A stretch of 25,232 nucleotides of DNA from Synergistaceae bacterium OttesenSCG-928-I11 (GTDB lineage Bacteria; Synergistota; Synergistia; Synergistales; Synergistaceae), in NCBI GenBank assembly GCA_030266365.1, contig JAJDHV010000020.1, positions 1 through 25,232 on the forward strand. Direction: 5' to 3'. A program made the translations under genes and the position numbers. Within the stretch, counting starts at the first letter, position 1. Each line of letters opens with the position of its first letter. Under the pieces are notes generated by a model. It was not told the origin of the DNA. It made no database searches and saw only the letters and a list, made by a program, of their open reading frames with translations. Positions 22,258 to 25,232 of the stretch are shown in pieces.

Positions 22258-23931
22258 CTACACGCTTTTGACGATGCTGCGGATTTTGTCGAATTGTTTT
22301 TGACGGGCATCGTCCAGCGAGCGTCCCGATGCAGTCAATACTTGCACCCAAGCCAGCAGCTCCTTCCTTGACGCCACGTTCAGCTTCGCGAAGATACGCC
22401 GGTTGTGCGTTTTAATCGTGTTGATGCTCAGGCTTAAAATGCCGGTTATCTCCTGGGCGGTGTAGCCTTCGAGGTAGAGGTTGAACACATCAGCCTCTGC
22501 CCGCGAAAGTTTTCTGGTGTTCGCTATGAAACTTTCCAACAGGTCTTCCGTGGAGTCGCCTGAACCTCTTTCTCCATTTATCTCGTTGCTCAAGGCCGCT
22601 TCCTGAACGCTGTTTCCCGGGGTGCGGGGGTCGTCCAATTGGGAGCGCATAAATTCGAGCAGGTCATCTATTTCGTGAATGTGACTTTTTGCGCTCATAT
22701 CACCCGACTGCAAAGCTTTCAAGAGTTCTTTGAACGGTTTCTCGCATCTGTCGCTCAAATACAGGGACAGCGCAACGCCGATACAGAGCAGAATTACGCC
22801 AATCAGGACCAGCCGCAGGCGCGACGCTGTGACGATGCTGTCAAAATTCTTTTTTGGTGCGACGATCGCCGTCGCAAAACGCTGATCGGCAAACGGAGAG
22901 TCGGCAGGATAGAGCGTGATGTTGCTCCAGAGTCCCACGCAGGCGCTGTTGCCTTCGCAACTGAATATTTTCAGACCGTGAAAATCTTCCTCTATGGTCA
23001 ACGCGTGCTGCATCAAGGTTCCACACACTTGGATGGCGTTGCCGGTCAACAAGGCTTTCCCAGGATAAAAAATCTTCTCGTCCGGTGCGGAAAAAGTGAA
23101 GAAGAGTCCCGTTGGATTCGGAATGCTGTGCGTATCGATCGCGTTGTCCCGCGCAAACCGCCTCGCACCGGTTTCAAACCCACATACGCCGAGAAAGCGA
23201 CCATCTCCGCCCAGCAAGGGTACGCTGCAGACACCTGTGTTTTCGCTCAATCCCGGGAAATCCTCCGAAAAATACCAGTAGTACAATCGTGAAAGGGGCA
23301 GTTCAGGGTTTTCCTCGTGCACGTTACGTATGCACTCCCAAAAGGGCTGGCCCTGTACGTCGAATTCCAGTGCCCATCGAGACTGGAGTGTGAAGCCCTC
23401 GGCTATGGCGATTTGAGTGGGCCCGCGCAAAAAGAGCTGGTCCGCATTCCGATCCATGAACCCCTGGTCGATGTTGCGGATATAAAGTCCGGCGCGGGAG
23501 GTTGCGGCACCTTCGATATCGGGGTTTACGGTTGCATCCAGTACAATGAAAACACCGCTGCTTTTGATTTTTTCCAGAGAGAATAAAAGGCGATTGATCT
23601 CGCCGTCGAGAATCTTCGTCAGAACATCCGGCTTGCCGCTGAGGTCGGACATCGAGAGGCGGTACTCGTCAAGCCTCCTCTCGAGACTCGCGGATAACTC
23701 TTTCGACAGAGAGACGGCCTGCGCCGAAATTTCCCCAACCCGCTTTTGCGTGTTCTGCGCCAAATGGTCTTTTTCCTTACTCAGTAAAATCACAGTGTCG
23801 CTGGCGGAGCGCAACCAGCTGGACAGAGAAAGCACGGCGACGACGCCCAACAGTATGAGAACCAGAAAGAGCAACATATGCAGAAAAAAGAGACGCCTTA
23901 TCGGCATGCCGTGGGCGTTCCAGGGTGGCAT
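22258..23931 (-). CDS. membrane-anchored one-component transcriptional regulator: TM1 - about 320-aa extracytoplasmic sensor domain - TM2 - cytoplasmic linker - LuxR-type HTH
   Basis: Hydrophobic segments LFFLHMLLFLVLILLGVVAVLSL and LVLIGVILLCIGVALSLYL. C-terminal LSRAEADVFNLYLEGYTAQEITGILSLSINTIKTHNRRIFAKLNV is the LuxR/GerE HTH. No receiver or kinase domain. The start may be at 23931 or 23907. Confidence 0.8.
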   Translation of the reverse strand: MPPWNAHGMPIRRLFFLHMLLFLVLILLGVVAVLSLSSWLRSASDTVILLSKEKDHLAQNTQKRVGEISAQAVSLSKELSASLERRLDEYRLSMSDLSGKPDVLTKILDGEINRLLFSLEKIKSSGVFIVLDATVNPDIEGAATSRAGLYIRNIDQGFMDRNADQLFLRGPTQIAIAEGFTLQSRWALEFDVQGQPFWECIRNVHEENPELPLSRLYYWYFSEDFPGLSENTGVCSVPLLGGDGRFLGVCGFETGARRFARDNAIDTHSIPNPTGLFFTFSAPDEKIFYPGKALLTGNAIQVCGTLMQHALTIEEDFHGLKIFSCEGNSACVGLWSNITLYPADSPFADQRFATAIVAPKKNFDSIVTASRLRLVLIGVILLCIGVALSLYLSDRCEKPFKELLKALQSGDMSAKSHIHEIDDLLEFMRSQLDDPRTPGNSVQEAALSNEINGERGSGDSTEDLLESFIANTRKLSRAEADVFNLYLEGYTAQEITGILSLSINTIKTHNRRIFAKLNVASRKELLAWVQVLTASGRSLDDARQKQFDKIRSIVKSV

Positions 23932-23933
23932 GG

Positions 23934-25232
23934 TCAGAAGTCTTTCATGAAATCGTGCTTTTTCACGACGAAGTCGAACAACTCCCCTGTCGTTGCTTCC
24001 ATCGACTCCCGATACTCCCGCTTCGCATCCTTTGCGAAACCGATGAGCCGGCCGACAAATTTTCTCTGCAATTCATCGAAGCCGCCCGACACGGGCGGAG
24101 AGTGGAACCGATAGTCATCCCGCATGGCAACGGTCGTTTTGAGCGCTTTGCGGACACATTCGTTTTCGATGCCTTTGAGCTCGTTGGCAAGAATCAGGTC
24201 GAACGCCTCTTTCATCGCGGGCATGTAGCCAGTGGATGCGGTAAATCGCAGGTTTTGAGCGGGGGTGGTCAGCCATTTGAGAAACAGGGCCGCTGCCCGT
24301 TCTTTTTCTCCATCTGACTTGAGGATGCACATGCCACCCCCACGCTGCACGACGACGCGCTCCCCGCCCTCGAACACGGGGTAGGGCAACACGTCGAAGG
24401 TGACGTCCTCCCTGGTGTTATCGGCGTAAGTGACTGTTTTGGGGTAGAACATCGCCCCGGCAGAAGTGCTTGTAGCGCAGACGATATCCCCCGTCATGGC
24501 CAGATAATTGGCGTACTTGTCGAAGATGGCGATCCGTCCGCGCACAGCATGAGGGAAATAACTGTCCCATATTTTTTCGAAGACGGGGGAATCGAAGTCC
24601 AGTACGCCATTTTTAACAAAGTGGTCGCCGAGCTGTTCGAAACCGATCATGGCATAGTTGAAGGGAACGTCCGGATAGTAAAAAGTTTTGCCGTCGCCGG
24701 GGATATCTGGCGTCTGCTCGTCCGTCCAGACATAATATTTCTCCGCCGCCTCGATTATGCCCTCGAATGTGGCGAGGATTGACGCGTCGATGCCGACATC
24801 GCGCGCGAACCGGTCGAAAAGGGTTTTATTGACGTACAGCACCTCGGTGGATTTGGCAATGGGGAGGATATAGAGAGTGTCGCCGCCCAACATGCCCTCT
24901 TCTAAAAAATTGGAGACGTAGCGGTCCAATTCTTCTTTCGAGAACAGCGTTCCCAAATCGGCCAGGGCGTTCAGGCCCGCCAGCTCGACGGCAATTTTGG
25001 GATACACCACCGCCATATCTGGGCAGGGAGACGCACCCGGATCGCGTTTGGCCGAGGCGATCAGCATCTCGTTCAGGGACGATGCGTTCGCCTCCTTTGT
25101 TACGCTGACGACGATGCCCTCTTTGGCACCCACCGTATCGTTGAACTCCCGGACGAGGACGCCGAAGCTGTCGCCCATTTGCTCAACATAGGTATGCCAG
25201 ACTGTCAGGGCGACGACTTCCCTGCGGTTCGT
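23934..25232 (-). CDS. extracellular solute-binding protein (ABC transporter family-1/sugar-type SBP), N-terminus beyond window
   Basis: The ORF continues without a stop to the window edge (...VVALTVWHTYVEQMGDSFGVLVREFNDTVGAKEGI...). Typical SBP family-1 pattern. Its stop lies 2 nt before the LuxR-type gene start. Confidence 0.8.
   Translation of the reverse strand, partial: TNRREVVALTVWHTYVEQMGDSFGVLVREFNDTVGAKEGIVVSVTKEANASSLNEMLIASAKRDPGASPCPDMAVVYPKIAVELAGLNALADLGTLFSKEELDRYVSNFLEEGMLGGDTLYILPIAKSTEVLYVNKTLFDRFARDVGIDASILATFEGIIEAAEKYYVWTDEQTPDIPGDGKTFYYPDVPFNYAMIGFEQLGDHFVKNGVLDFDSPVFEKIWDSYFPHAVRGRIAIFDKYANYLAMTGDIVCATSTSAGAMFYPKTVTYADNTREDVTFDVLPYPVFEGGERVVVQRGGGMCILKSDGEKERAAALFLKWLTTPAQNLRFTASTGYMPAMKEAFDLILANELKGIENECVRKALKTTVAMRDDYRFHSPPVSGGFDELQRKFVGRLIGFAKDAKREYRESMEATTGELFDFVVKKHDFMKDF

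Overview
This is a 25.2 kb stretch of a high-GC (about 60%) Firmicutes/Clostridia-type chromosome. The SpoVS, PspA and YdjG/YdjI-like proteins and the strong GGAGG ribosome-binding sites point to that lineage. Almost every real gene was read by hand because high-GC antisense and off-frame ORFs dominate the six-frame track. The aspS gene (1..1734, minus strand) is missing from the track entirely; I reconstructed it from the reverse complement. Gene order: aspS (partial) - hisS - spoVS - hypothetical - Rrf2 regulator <> cupin - MerR remnant - [aldo/keto-reductase::ferredoxin - Isf-like flavoprotein - small Cys protein] <> HxlR-type regulator - dCache methyl-accepting chemotaxis protein - rsgA <> Crp/Fnr-family regulator >< [membrane CxxxC protein - 2x[4Fe-4S] ferredoxin] - [small Cys protein - HD-GYP] <> CoA-disulfide reductase::rhodanese - [TlpA-like thioredoxin - small TM ORF - NapH-like membrane polyferredoxin] - truncated AbiEii gene remnant - pspA - ydjG-like - ydjI-like >< membrane-anchored LuxR-type regulator - sugar-type solute-binding protein (partial). 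The main hunt result is a redox/sulfur-oriented module (12.0-18.3 kb). It carries two duplicated cis-elements that are invisible to gene-level annotation. (i) A ~58-nt promoter/operator is present in the same orientation upstream of the ferredoxin operon and of the CoADR-rhodanese gene. It comprises a GTGACC-N-GGTCAC palindrome centred near -42, CTGAAG, a 17-nt spacer and a TATTAT/TATGAT -10. The adjacent Crp-family regulator carries the canonical R-E-x-x-x-R recognition helix that would fit this palindrome. (ii) A 27-nt element, AAGTATGC-N11-GCATACTT with the spacer also conserved, sits upstream of both the HxlR-type and the Crp-type regulator genes. Two further observations stand out. An inverted ~70-nt duplicate of the crp start region sits in the CoADR leader. 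Two paralogous ~90-aa Cys-rich proteins are each co-operonic with a redox or signalling enzyme. There is also a decayed abortive-infection/toxin-antitoxin gene in an AT-rich scar and a SBP-coupled membrane LuxR one-component regulator. All identifications rest on motifs and remembered family signatures; no database search was possible.
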